Assembly: GCA_044356455.1 (NCBI GenBank)
Contig: JBIKWF010000103.1
Span: 1-16,008 of the forward strand
Source: Bdellovibrionota bacterium
Lineage (GTDB): Bacteria; Bdellovibrionota_C; UBA2361; JBGSMV01
Reading direction: 5' to 3'
DNA length: 16,008 nucleotides
Positions 1-8,719 of this stretch are shown here, in pieces. Every line of letters begins with the position of its first letter. Within the stretch, counting starts at the first letter, position 1. A program made the translations under genes and the position numbers. The notes under the pieces were generated by a model. The model was not told the origin of the DNA. It did no database searches and saw only the letters and a program-made list of their open reading frames with translations.

Positions 1-15
1 AAGAACTCCATCGGA

Positions 16-116
16 GAGCCGGATGCGGGAAAGCCGCACGTCCGGTTCGATGAGCGGATGCAGGGAATCGGCGCGCGCCGCACGGCGCGGACGCTGCGCC
101 CTGAATTCGACTCTAC
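16..116 (+). mobile_element. Group II intron, 3' end (domain V and domain VI); the rest of the intron lies upstream of the window
   Basis: DV at 16-48 GAGCCGGATGCGG-GAAAG-CCGCACGTCCGGTTC with AGC triad and AC bulge. DVI GAGCGGATGCAGGG...CCCTGAATTCG-A-CTC with bulged A at 110. Ends in CTCTAC at 116 (AY 3' splice site). Confidence 0.93.
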
Positions 117-145
117 CGGGATCCCTTCGGGTCCATGAGATTTCC

Positions 146-256
146 GTTGAAGATTGGGCATCCGGGCCAATTTTCAACCGTGCGCACCCTCCGCTCGCCA
201 CAACAAAGTGTCGAGCTACGGGTGCGCACCAAATCGCTCCCCTTGGTCGCGATTTG
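146..256. repeat. Three abutting stem-loops
   Basis: GTTGAAGATTGG(146-157)/CCAATTTTCAAC(167-178); GTGCGCACCC(180-189)/GGGTGCGCAC(220-229) with inner GCTCG/CGAGC and CAC/GTG; CAAATCGC(230-237)/GCGATTTG(249-256). Confidence 0.65.
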
Positions 257-566
257 CTAACGCTTTCCAGGCTAAGTGAGAACTGAGCATGAATCGCTGT
301 ATTCGATAAATCAATTGTCTAAATTAAACGGCGGGGGAGGCTTCTAGGCGATTGTGGTAGCTCATGGCTACCTATATCGAGATTTCTTAACGAAAGTTGC
401 GCGCAAGGTCCATGAGGAAAAGAGAGGGGGGAGAGAGGGTCCGAGATGTGTAGCGCGCAAAAGCCTTATCTGCGCGGCGCATGAAGGTGACTATGGCCTG
501 CTGCCTATAATCGTCGCGTAGTCGAACCCCTGAGTGAACGTATTGTGCCCCGACGAGTCAATCTGC

Positions 567-1151
567 TTACTGATCCGTGGGCATTTCAGGCAATGCTTCC
601 TCTGCTGGGGCAATGCCGTCCCGAGTTACGAGGAAGAAGTCTTCCACGATGGGATCGGGAAGACACCTGTAATCTCTAGCGACTCTAGCTCGGAGGCGCT
701 CAATGAAGGGACCGGGCCCACGCGAGAAGGCTACGAACATATCCCGCGCGGGAATCGCGACTAGAAAGTCGCGCCCCAACTGAGGAGCGAGGCGCCCGTA
801 GAGTCCACCAAGCAGAAGCCTTGCCGCATCATACCCGTCGTATTGGGAGATCAGCGCGGCCTTACCTCCTTCACTGCTTTCCACGAACTGAACCGCCATA
901 GCCGGGCAGGAGCGATCCAGATTCCGCCTGGCGACAGCCTCGAGGGTCTCCGGAGTCTGCCCCCAACGCAGCATCTGTTCCGTCGTGATGCTCGCCGTCA
1001 TGTGCGGGAGATCGGCGACGAACACAATCACAGTTCCGTTGATGAACGGGACGTGAGCGATTTGCTCGGGATTTAACTGCTCGAAGATGCTCTCAGGCTG
1101 AATGCGAGGCATGAGTTGCGGTTCTGCGATGCTCCATTCCATGAGTCCCAT
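567..1151 (-). CDS. DUF1444 (YtpQ/UPF0354)-like hypothetical protein, 194 aa from ATG 1151
   Basis: Motifs LMPRIQ, VFVADLP, ARRNL, DGYDAARLLL and VAIPARD recall DUF1444. ATG at 1151 has AAGGA upstream. The GTG extension to 1253 runs through a hairpin and is less likely. Confidence 0.7.
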   Translation of the reverse strand: MGLMEWSIAEPQLMPRIQPESIFEQLNPEQIAHVPFINGTVIVFVADLPHMTASITTEQMLRWGQTPETLEAVARRNLDRSCPAMAVQFVESSEGGKAALISQYDGYDAARLLLGGLYGRLAPQLGRDFLVAIPARDMFVAFSRGPGPFIERLRARVARDYRCLPDPIVEDFFLVTRDGIAPAEEALPEMPTDQ

Positions 1152-1209
1152 GTGGATTCCTTTCTTATAGGGACGTTTCCCACCGGTTAAGGGATCACCC
1201 ATAACATTT

Positions 1210-1257
1210 GTAAGCGGTGGATCGAGGGCTCGATTGAGCCGCCGATCCGCCACTTAC
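1210..1257. repeat. Long imperfect hairpin upstream of the DUF1444-like gene
   Basis: GTAAG-c-GGTGGATCG-ag-GGCTC-gatt-GAGCC-gc-CGATCCGCC-a-CTTAC. Confidence 0.6.
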
Positions 1258-1617
1258 GAAAACCAAATGCGCTACACACTCGGATAAGAATTATAAAAGA
1301 GCATTGCACGGTGCTTATGTTCCACTGTGCCGATGTTTAGATCCGACTCACGTGAGAAGGTTGTGGCGTTACTGAGGGATCGAGAATCATCAGGTGCCTG
1401 ACTCAGGTGCGTGGTTACCCAAACGGCAGGGAGGCGCATGACGCAAGCGTTGCGCCAGCTTCGTGCCCTATTGGTTTCCTCTGCACTGAGCGCGAGAGCG
1501 AGGCATGCCTCTCGCATTATTAAATTTGCGCCGCTTACCAGAGAAAAGCTTGTCACGATTGAGCTTGAGGATATTCCTCCGGTGAGCACGTTGAGGTAGG
1601 CTTTTCCAATCGCAGCG

Positions 1618-2727
1618 TCATCCCCCAACCACCACTAAATTTCCATTTTTCACCTGTAATACTCTCACGGGGAGTTTCGCCGTTCCATTCTTGTCCATCT
1701 TCAAATGGAATCCTGCGGCTTCCATATCCAGTTTCATTAGTGCCTCCTGTAGCGCTTCAGGCCCTCCTCCTGATGCTTTTCTTGCTGCGGCAGCTATGGC
1801 GGATATACCATCGAATCCACGCGCACTCACGCTCGGATACGCAGGCTCTCTGTCATATTTAGCGCGATAGAGTTTTAGAAACTCTGCCGCTTGGTGGCGA
1901 TTCTGGTCTAAGAATGCGTTGGTTACGTAGCGCCCTTCAACTGCGGCTGGGGCTGCCGCGATGACATCCGTATCCAAAGCTCCACCCGCCACGATAGTGG
2001 GTTTCTCTACCTTCATTCGCCGAGTCTGCTCAAAGAAGGGCACGACTCCCGCGGTAATGGGCGCAAAGATGGCTTCTGCTTTGGAGGTTCGAATTTTCTC
2101 AAGGACAGTACGGAAGTCTGTGTCAGTTGGATTCACATCCGCTCGATAGGTTACCTTTCCGCCGCGGTCTTCAAAATCTTTCCGAAAATTGTCTGCGGTC
2201 GACTGCGACCAGGCATTGTTGGTTGCAACAATGGCAACGTTCTTTAGATTCAGTTGCCCACCTAAAAAATCAGAGGCGCTGAGTGCGTATCCATCGACCC
2301 ACGTTCCAGTTGAGAAAATAAACTTACCAATGGTTTCAATCTTTCCACCCGAATTCCCGAAGACGAGTAGGGGCACTCTTGCTCTCTCAAACATTGGTCC
2401 TGCAACCATCACTTCAGTGAAGGTGGAAACCATGCCCATCTCAATGTGGTCTACGGTAAGCAGCTTCTTGGTTGAAGAGGCGGTCAGTGCAGAGTCGAAC
2501 CGCGTGTCTTCAGTGACCAATATGATTCGTCTTCCGTTGACCCCGCCCGTAGTATTAACCTGTTCTTGGCCGAGAGTAATGCCTTCTACATACGCTTGGC
2601 CCCACGCGGCGAAGTCGCCCGTGAGATGGGTCATTACCCCAACCTTTAGCTCGCTTTCTGCGCGCACGTTTTCAAAGGGGATGAGAAGTCCAAGTAGCGC
2701 GAGAAATGAGAGGTGTTTGAAAATCAT
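1618..2727 (-). CDS. ABC transporter substrate-binding protein, branched-chain amino acid (LivJ/LivK-like, Peripla_BP_6) family
   Basis: Signal peptide ending VRA; LKVGVMTHLTGDFAAWG; GGVNGRRIILVTED; TDFRTVLEKIR; 369 aa. Confidence 0.9.
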   Translation of the reverse strand: MIFKHLSFLALLGLLIPFENVRAESELKVGVMTHLTGDFAAWGQAYVEGITLGQEQVNTTGGVNGRRIILVTEDTRFDSALTASSTKKLLTVDHIEMGMVSTFTEVMVAGPMFERARVPLLVFGNSGGKIETIGKFIFSTGTWVDGYALSASDFLGGQLNLKNVAIVATNNAWSQSTADNFRKDFEDRGGKVTYRADVNPTDTDFRTVLEKIRTSKAEAIFAPITAGVVPFFEQTRRMKVEKPTIVAGGALDTDVIAAAPAAVEGRYVTNAFLDQNRHQAAEFLKLYRAKYDREPAYPSVSARGFDGISAIAAAARKASGGGPEALQEALMKLDMEAAGFHLKMDKNGTAKLPVRVLQVKNGNLVVVGG

Positions 2728-3008
2728 AGTGCCTCGAAGATGGAATGGTCGTTGCTTACTCTCAGCGCTGCTTGAAGTGCCTCAGCTGAGGTGAATAGTT
2801 ATTTTGCTTCTCTCAGTTTCCTAGATCTACCACCTAAAGAACTGAGCTCACAGAGCAGACTTTTTGGGAATTTTCTAGTCTTGATTGATAAGTTCGTGAT
2901 GCTGAAGCAGAGATTTTTGGCCCAAATGGCTTGAGTCGGCCTTCGCTCCTTGCCCTGTCTTTACGCCTTCCTTGAGACTTCTCCGGGGGTATGATAGGCC
3001 CATATCCT

Positions 3009-4052
3009 ATGAGTACACCGATTTCCTACAAAACCTCCGGCGTCGATATTGATGTTGCTGATGCCACAAAGCGCAACATGGCAAAAAGTCTTGCCACGAA
3101 AGACCCGAGAGTGCTCAACCAGATCGGTGCCTTTGCTTCCCTGTTCGACGGCAAGTTTCCGAACATGAAGGATCCCATCCTCGTGCTTAAGATGGAGGAG
3201 CCAGGTTCGAAGCAGAAGCTCGCTTTTGAGCGCGGACTCGTGCGCTCGGTGTGCTTCGACATGATCAATCATCTCATTAACGATATTGTCGTGATGGGTG
3301 CTACTCCTCTCGCAGTTCAAGATGCGGTTATCTGCGGCAAACTGGAACAAAAAGTTGTTGAAGAGATTGTACAATCGGTAGCAGATGCTTGCCGCGAGCA
3401 GGAATGCTCTTTGGTGGGGGGGGAAACTTCGGAGCAGCCGGGTGTTCTTGCGCCAGGCACCTACGTACTTACGGCAAGTATTGTCGGCGTGGTTGATAAG
3501 AGTTCGGTGATTGATGGTTCGCGAATAGCGGAAGGCGACACGGTTATTGCGGTTCAGTCGAGTGGCCTACATACCAATGGTTATTCGTTGGTGCGAGCGC
3601 TTATGGCCCGCGATCCTTTGCTCGAGAACTCGCCAGTGGGGAAAGAGACATTTATAGAAGCTATCATGAGGCCGCATCGCTGCTACTATCAGCCGCTGAA
3701 GGGGCTTTTCACCGAACCCGGACTTCATGGTCTTGCACATATTACAGGCGGCGGCATTGAAGGGAATCTTTGCCGCATTATTCCGCGTGGACTTTGCGCG
3801 CAGGTGGATGTTTCTCGGCTCAGAGTTTCTGAGGTCTTTAAAGTAATTCAGCGCCGGGGTGACGTGTCCCAGGCCGATATGCTCAAGACTTTTAACTTAG
3901 GTGCGGGGCTCGTAGCCGTCTGTGCTCCTCAGTCGGCCTCCCGCATAATTAGTGCTTTTGCTGAGCACGGTATAGAGGCCTATCCCGTGGGCGTGGTCGA
4001 AAAGGCTTCTGAATCTAAGCCGATTCGGCTTACTGGTGATTTAGAGCGGTAA
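3009..4052 (+). CDS. purM: Phosphoribosylformylglycinamidine cyclo-ligase (AIR synthetase)
   Basis: SYKTSGVDI, NDIVVMGATPL, LVGGETSEQPG, SSGLHTNGYSLVR, AHITGGGIEGNL, TFNLGAG. ATG 3009 matches the typical PurM N-terminus (ORF track starts at 2991). Confidence 0.96.
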   Translation: MSTPISYKTSGVDIDVADATKRNMAKSLATKDPRVLNQIGAFASLFDGKFPNMKDPILVLKMEEPGSKQKLAFERGLVRSVCFDMINHLINDIVVMGATPLAVQDAVICGKLEQKVVEEIVQSVADACREQECSLVGGETSEQPGVLAPGTYVLTASIVGVVDKSSVIDGSRIAEGDTVIAVQSSGLHTNGYSLVRALMARDPLLENSPVGKETFIEAIMRPHRCYYQPLKGLFTEPGLHGLAHITGGGIEGNLCRIIPRGLCAQVDVSRLRVSEVFKVIQRRGDVSQADMLKTFNLGAGLVAVCAPQSASRIISAFAEHGIEAYPVGVVEKASESKPIRLTGDLER

Positions 4053-4111
4053 GCTCTTCAGACCTTCACGTACTTCGACGAACTTCTCTGGCGGTATCTT
4101 AGAGGAGTTCT

Positions 4112-5662
4112 GTGGTGAAATCGGTAATTTTCGTATTTTCAATCATCTGCGTACTTGCGTTGGCGGGCGTGCCTGCATTTGCGCAAGGGCTTTCAGAAAC
4201 TCTTGCACCAAGCGAATCCCAAGTCGTGCAAGTAGATGGGGGAGGCGTTGGTTATAGCTCTCCCGCGGTAGCAGAAATTGATGGAGATACGTCGAACGGC
4301 ATGGAAATGACCGTAGCGGGAGCAGATGGCAAGCTGCATGTCTACCATATGGATGGAACGATGGCCTGGAGTGCTGAGCTGCCCAATTACGCATGCTCCG
4401 GGGCTTCAAGCAAGGACAAGGTATATTCCTCTCCCGCGGTAGGGGCGATTATGGGCGATGGCGTACCCTATGTGGTGATTGGGTACGGCGGATTTCGTGG
4501 TACCTGTAAGGGCGGAGTTGCCGCATATGACGGCAGAACGGGAGCCCTCGCATGGGATTTCAATCTGACCGACTTTGGTCGCGAGGAGGGGCAATTTGTC
4601 TTCATTAGTGCGGTTTTCAGCACGCCTGCGCTCGCGGACGTTGATGGAAACGGGACTCTTGAAATCGGCTTTGGCGGCTTCGACAGAAACGTCTTCCTAC
4701 TAAATGCCGACGGATCCGTGCGCTACTATTACCATGCCGCCGATACGGTGTGGTCGTCTCCTACCTTTGCCGACGCGAACGGGGACGGGAAACTCGAGAT
4801 GTTTATTGGCACCGACATTACAGAAAACAAACAACTTAAGCCGGCGACCAAAAATGGTGGGTACATCTATGCGCTCAAGACAACCCTTAATACCGGGGAG
4901 AGAATTGAGTTTAGAGATCCTGAGAAGAAGGTTGTTCTCTGGAGCAAGTATATTCCTCAGGTAGTCTTTTCTGCGCCCGTGGTTGCTGATGTGCTGTCAA
5001 CAAATCCTGGGGCAGAGTTAATAATGGGAACTGGTTGTTATTTCCCTGAAAACACCAGTAATAAGGTCGGAAAGTTCATCCGAGTTCTTTCGCTCTCGAA
5101 CGGGAAGGTGCTTCGCACCCTTAAGACGCCTACCTGTACGCCGGCAACACCCGCCGTTGGAGATCTCAATAATGATGGATTGCTCGATGTAGTGATTTCT
5201 ACTCCGAGCGACGTAGCTTCCGGAGCAACGGACGGCCGCGGACGCCTTTTGGCGTGGACCCCAGAAACGAATACAAAAATCTGGGAGATTCGCATCCCGA
5301 AGCTCTTCCCGTTTCAGTCACCTTTACTGGCGGATCTCGATTTCGATGGGTCACCAGAAGTTATTCAAGCGACTGCTGCCTATATTTATTTCTATAGTCC
5401 TCTCACGGGAGCAAAGCTTGGGCGCGTAAGACCGGGCGGACTTACCTCGAGTACCCCAGCTATCGTCGACTATGACGGGGATTCTCGCCCAGACCTTGTG
5501 GCAGCGACGGCTCAAAGCGGGAAAGGAAAATTCGTTATCTTCCCCAATATAACTTCTCCTGCTGCTGACGATAGGCGGATCTCAGCGGGAGATAGTGCCA
5601 CGCTACATGCGCCATGGGCGGCGTGGCGGGGTGGGGCCGATAGGACGGGAATTGCACCCTGA
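4112..5662 (+). CDS. Secreted FG-GAP/VCBS-repeat beta-propeller protein
   Basis: AGAGGAG RBS; signal peptide ending AFA; repeated SSPAVxDxDGDG-type motifs (ADVDGNG, ADANGDG, GDLNNDG, ADLDFDG, VDYDGDS). Confidence 0.85.
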   Translation: MVKSVIFVFSIICVLALAGVPAFAQGLSETLAPSESQVVQVDGGGVGYSSPAVAEIDGDTSNGMEMTVAGADGKLHVYHMDGTMAWSAELPNYACSGASSKDKVYSSPAVGAIMGDGVPYVVIGYGGFRGTCKGGVAAYDGRTGALAWDFNLTDFGREEGQFVFISAVFSTPALADVDGNGTLEIGFGGFDRNVFLLNADGSVRYYYHAADTVWSSPTFADANGDGKLEMFIGTDITENKQLKPATKNGGYIYALKTTLNTGERIEFRDPEKKVVLWSKYIPQVVFSAPVVADVLSTNPGAELIMGTGCYFPENTSNKVGKFIRVLSLSNGKVLRTLKTPTCTPATPAVGDLNNDGLLDVVISTPSDVASGATDGRGRLLAWTPETNTKIWEIRIPKLFPFQSPLLADLDFDGSPEVIQATAAYIYFYSPLTGAKLGRVRPGGLTSSTPAIVDYDGDSRPDLVAATAQSGKGKFVIFPNITSPAADDRRISAGDSATLHAPWAAWRGGADRTGIAP

Positions 5663-5702
5663 CCTCTCGGGTTGAGCTTTGAAAGTTCTGTAAATAAGCT
5701 AA

Positions 5703-5830
5703 GAAACCTCTAAAAAACCCCGATATGTTATTTTTTCTCTCTGTGATCTCTGTGTCCTCTGTGGTTTTTCAACAATTTAAATCAACCACAGAGGGCACAG
5801 AGTTCACAGAGTGGGCTTTTCAGAGGTTCC
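5703..5830. mobile_element. MITE copy 1 (128 bp), IS5-family-like terminal inverted repeats, CTAA target duplication
   Basis: CTAA(5699-5702)|GAAACCTCTAAAAA ... TTTTCAGAGGTTCC|CTAA(5831-5834), TIR 12/14. Internal palindrome at 5739-5811. Second copy at 14870-14998. Confidence 0.85.
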
Positions 5831-5880
5831 CTAACTAACGCGAAGGAATTCGACCAGTTCCTTTTCGCTACTTTCGCGCC

Positions 5881-6798
5881 TTATTCGTAAACGTGGCGCT
5901 CGTTCTGGAACTGGGCTTGGGTTTCTGCCACAAGGTCGTCTACCGTCTTTTCAATCGTAGCGGCATCAAGTCCAAGATATAGAGCCGTTGAGGTAATGAC
6001 CGCGCGATCGGCGGGATACCCTTCGGGGTTTCCAATCCCTGCCGCGTGAGAGACTAGGTTGGCAAGCTTTACGATAGCAATTTTTTCCTCGAGCTCAGCC
6101 TCAGGCTTTTGCCCCTCTATGGCGTCGCCATAGTGCAATATTACTTGGCAGGTATCGGGTGAGAAATTCCACTTCTTCGCGACAAGAGCTCCAATAAGAG
6201 GATGCGCAAATCCGAATGCTTCCTGTTCAGCAGCGGCGAAGTCGCAGCTCTTAGACTTTATGAGAGCGATGACGTTTTTATAGTCGCGGCGCGTCTCCGG
6301 CTGGAAGAGCAATACAATCTGGCCGAGATTATGAAGCAGACCAAGGAGGAAAATTTCTTCGATGTATCTCTTCTTGAGACGCTTGGCGACATTGGTTGCG
6401 CACATCGCGGAAGCCATGGAGGTCTCCCAGATCTGCCTTTCGATAGCGCCAAAACTTTTGTTGAGCTGGCGCAACGTGGCAGCGACGATGATGCCCTTAA
6501 GCGCTTTAAAGCCAATCACCATAATTGCCATGTTAAGAGTTGATATCTCGCGTTGGCGAGAGAACATGGCACTGTTTGCAATCTTTAGAACGCGGGCTGC
6601 AAGAGCCGCGTCAGTAGAAAGAAGTTCGGTAAGCTCGGCTGCCGTGGTATCAGGATTTTCAACCAGGCTAATGGCGCGCGAGGCAACTTGCGGCATGGGA
6701 GGCAGATCGCCTACCCAAGCTACAATTTCTCTCCAATCTTTTCCTGCGCTGAGTCGTCCCTCAAATTCCCTTGGGGCTGCGTCTGATGAAGTAGTCAT
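5881..6798 (-). CDS. HDOD domain signal-transduction protein (stand-alone)
   Basis: LPPMPQVA, DAALAARVLKIANSA, GLLHNLGQIVL, EQEAFGFAHPLIGALVAKKWNF. Confidence 0.92.
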   Translation of the reverse strand: MTTSSDAAPREFEGRLSAGKDWREIVAWVGDLPPMPQVASRAISLVENPDTTAAELTELLSTDAALAARVLKIANSAMFSRQREISTLNMAIMVIGFKALKGIIVAATLRQLNKSFGAIERQIWETSMASAMCATNVAKRLKKRYIEEIFLLGLLHNLGQIVLLFQPETRRDYKNVIALIKSKSCDFAAAEQEAFGFAHPLIGALVAKKWNFSPDTCQVILHYGDAIEGQKPEAELEEKIAIVKLANLVSHAAGIGNPEGYPADRAVITSTALYLGLDAATIEKTVDDLVAETQAQFQNERHVYE

Positions 6799-7161
6799 AG
6801 TGCCGAGGTAAGGAAAAAAGTTAAATTATTCGCCCGTACTGCGAGGCGTCCGTGGAGAAAGAATCGTCACGTTCGAACTGCAGCATGAGAACCTTTGCTC
6901 GTATCTTGGTCATACCGGCTAAGGAGAAAGCAAGATTCGATTCCAGATCGTTTTTCTGGCGGCAGAAGCAACCGGAGTTCGCGACATTTCCCCCATCTTG
7001 TTTTATGCGAGCTTGACACCCCTACAAACTTTAGAACAACGCTGCGTATGTCCTTCAGCCCGGATTTGTGGACTAGGTAGAAGTCCCTTGTGGCATGACA
7101 ATAAAGAGCTACGGGCGCGGAGCGTGAGTGCTGCTCGCAGGGATGTGCGCTAAGACTTAAG

Positions 7162-7176
7162 AGCATGTAACATGCT
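7162..7176. promoter_or_regulatory. Perfect 7-1-7 palindrome, candidate transcription-factor operator
   Basis: AGCATGT-A-ACATGCT in the divergent intergenic region between the HDOD and STAS genes. Confidence 0.3.
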
Positions 7177-7373
7177 GATCCTATGAGGGATCGCGGTTGG
7201 GCGACGAGCCCCCTGAAAATTCACTAGTGAGATGACGCAAGGGCGTTCAGTTCTTCACACGCCCAGCCGATACCCATTCATACGTGCTTGTCGGATGTTG
7301 ATCTGCATACTCTTGTTGCGTGTAGATACTTCCATCGACGAGGCCACAGGAATTTTCGGGAGACGGGAGGATT

Positions 7374-7688
7374 ATGAGCGAAGAGTACACGACAGAGATT
7401 ATTGGAGATAAGGGCTACATTCGAGTCGGAGGAGATCTTGATTCGGAGCAATCGGGAGAAGCGCTTCGCAAAGCCTTCAATGATCTTTTTGACAAGGGAC
7501 GAAGAACCGTGGTGCTCGATCTGAGCGGCGTTCAGATCATCAACAGCTACGGCATTGGTAAAGTGCTCATGTGCTACAAGCGCCTAAAGGCTGAAAATGG
7601 AGTGCTCATGGTAAAACCCCTGCAAGGCTTCGTGAAGGAGACCTTCGAGCTGCTTATGCTCGATAAGCTTCTTCCGGTTGATGAATAA
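7374..7688 (+). CDS. STAS-domain anti-sigma factor antagonist (SpoIIAA/RsbV-like)
   Basis: GGAGG RBS; 104 aa; VGGDLD, VVLDLSGVQIINSYGIGKVL with the phosphoacceptor-position Ser retained. Confidence 0.9.
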   Translation: MSEEYTTEIIGDKGYIRVGGDLDSEQSGEALRKAFNDLFDKGRRTVVLDLSGVQIINSYGIGKVLMCYKRLKAENGVLMVKPLQGFVKETFELLMLDKLLPVDE

Positions 7689-7709
7689 TATTTTAGGGTA
7701 GGGGGTCTT

Positions 7710-8645
7710 GTGACCTCTAATCCGCTTCCTCCCTCATCACCCGGAGTCATCCACTGTCCAAGAGTGCTCCTGGCTGATGACGATCAAGGTACTCGTGAGC
7801 TTGTCGGCGCGTGCGTCGCTCGAGCAGGATGGCATCTCGAAGCCACCTCCTCAGGACGCGCGCTTGTCGACAAGCTTCAGCAACAACCCTTCGATGTGGT
7901 GGTTGTCGATCTCCTCATGCCGGGAATCGACGGCATTTCTTTGCTTAAGCAAATTAAAGCACGACGTCCCGGCCAAGCCGTTATTCTCATATCAAAATCC
8001 GGAAATATTGGTGATTTCGTCGCCTTTATGAAGGAAGGCGTTCTCGACGTTCTTCAGAAGCCTGTCGATTCTGACACGTTACAACGAACTGTCGCGCGCG
8101 TGCTTTCCTCAGTGCGCGAGCGCGAGCGTGCGCTCAGTATCTATCGTTTCGTTACTCGGGAGGTTTCGGAGTTTTCTTTTGCCACTAGTGAAATTGCCGA
8201 GTGCCGTATGCCTCTGACCCTGCTCGACCGTCTTATGGGAGCAGGAATACTCGAGATTCAGTCGAAGCTGAAATTAGAGCTCGCCTTTCAAGAGGCGCTC
8301 GCAAATGCGGTGGAGCACGGGAATTTAGAGCTCCAGTCCTCCTGGAAAGAGGAATTTGATAGCGAAGGGATAGATAGATTTTCTCTCGTGAAGCGCGAAA
8401 GACTTGCCGATGATACGTATGCACGTCGGCGAGTAACGATAACGATCTCCTTTGATGGGTTTATGTTATCGATAGCCATTCGAGACAACGGAAAGGGATT
8501 TACGCCCCATAAGCGAGTTATCTCGAACCCTAATGCGGAAGTTCCCCATGGGCGTGGGCTCGCCATTATCTATGCGGCCGTGGACGAAGTCCGATACTCG
8601 GAGAGTGGGACCGAGATCGAGATGCTCAAGAGGTTGCCCGGGTAA
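7710..8645 (+). CDS. Response regulator receiver fused to an RsbW-like HATPase_c kinase domain
   Basis: REC: LLADDD, VDLLMPGIDG, ILIS, QKPVD. HATPase: EALANAVEHGN, IRDNGKGF, HGRGLAII, GTEIEMLK. Confidence 0.9.
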   Translation: MTSNPLPPSSPGVIHCPRVLLADDDQGTRELVGACVARAGWHLEATSSGRALVDKLQQQPFDVVVVDLLMPGIDGISLLKQIKARRPGQAVILISKSGNIGDFVAFMKEGVLDVLQKPVDSDTLQRTVARVLSSVRERERALSIYRFVTREVSEFSFATSEIAECRMPLTLLDRLMGAGILEIQSKLKLELAFQEALANAVEHGNLELQSSWKEEFDSEGIDRFSLVKRERLADDTYARRRVTITISFDGFMLSIAIRDNGKGFTPHKRVISNPNAEVPHGRGLAIIYAAVDEVRYSESGTEIEMLKRLPG

Positions 8646-8677
8646 GCACCGGGAGCCAAGTAAGCATCGGGAGTAAG
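8642..8677 (+). repeat. Short direct repeat GTAAGCAYCGGGAG x2 plus partial
   Basis: GTAAGCACCGGGAG (8642-8655), GTAAGCATCGGGAG (8660-8673), then TAAG. Confidence 0.55.
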
Positions 8678-8719
8678 TGTGGTAGTGTGTGTGGTTCCAA
8701 TTATAGGGTTTTAAGCTGC

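Noticed and set aside
23..286. 87-aa ORF
   Set aside because: It is a translation of intron domains V-VI and downstream hairpins; no RBS and no protein-like features.
146..1257. Integron attC sites around the DUF1444-like gene
   Set aside because: The hairpins lack correctly ordered RYYYAAC...GTTRRRY boxes, and no integrase is present.
1272..1628. ORFs 1272-1628 (-) and 1411-1599 (+)
   Set aside because: Mutually overlapping with no recognisable motifs. A small gene cannot be excluded but is unsupported.
2189..2794. 201-aa ORF and other antisense or alternate-frame ORFs inside the major genes
   Set aside because: Shadows of well-supported genes; no independent signals.
5739..5811. CRISPR interpretation of the CTCTGTG/CACAGAG repeats (also 10981-11194 and 11893-11934)
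   Set aside because: Units are 9 or 14 bp, contiguous or inverted, with no unique spacers and no cas genes.
7013..7041. TTGACA as a sigma70 -35 box
   Set aside because: No acceptable -10 hexamer at 16-18 bp spacing.
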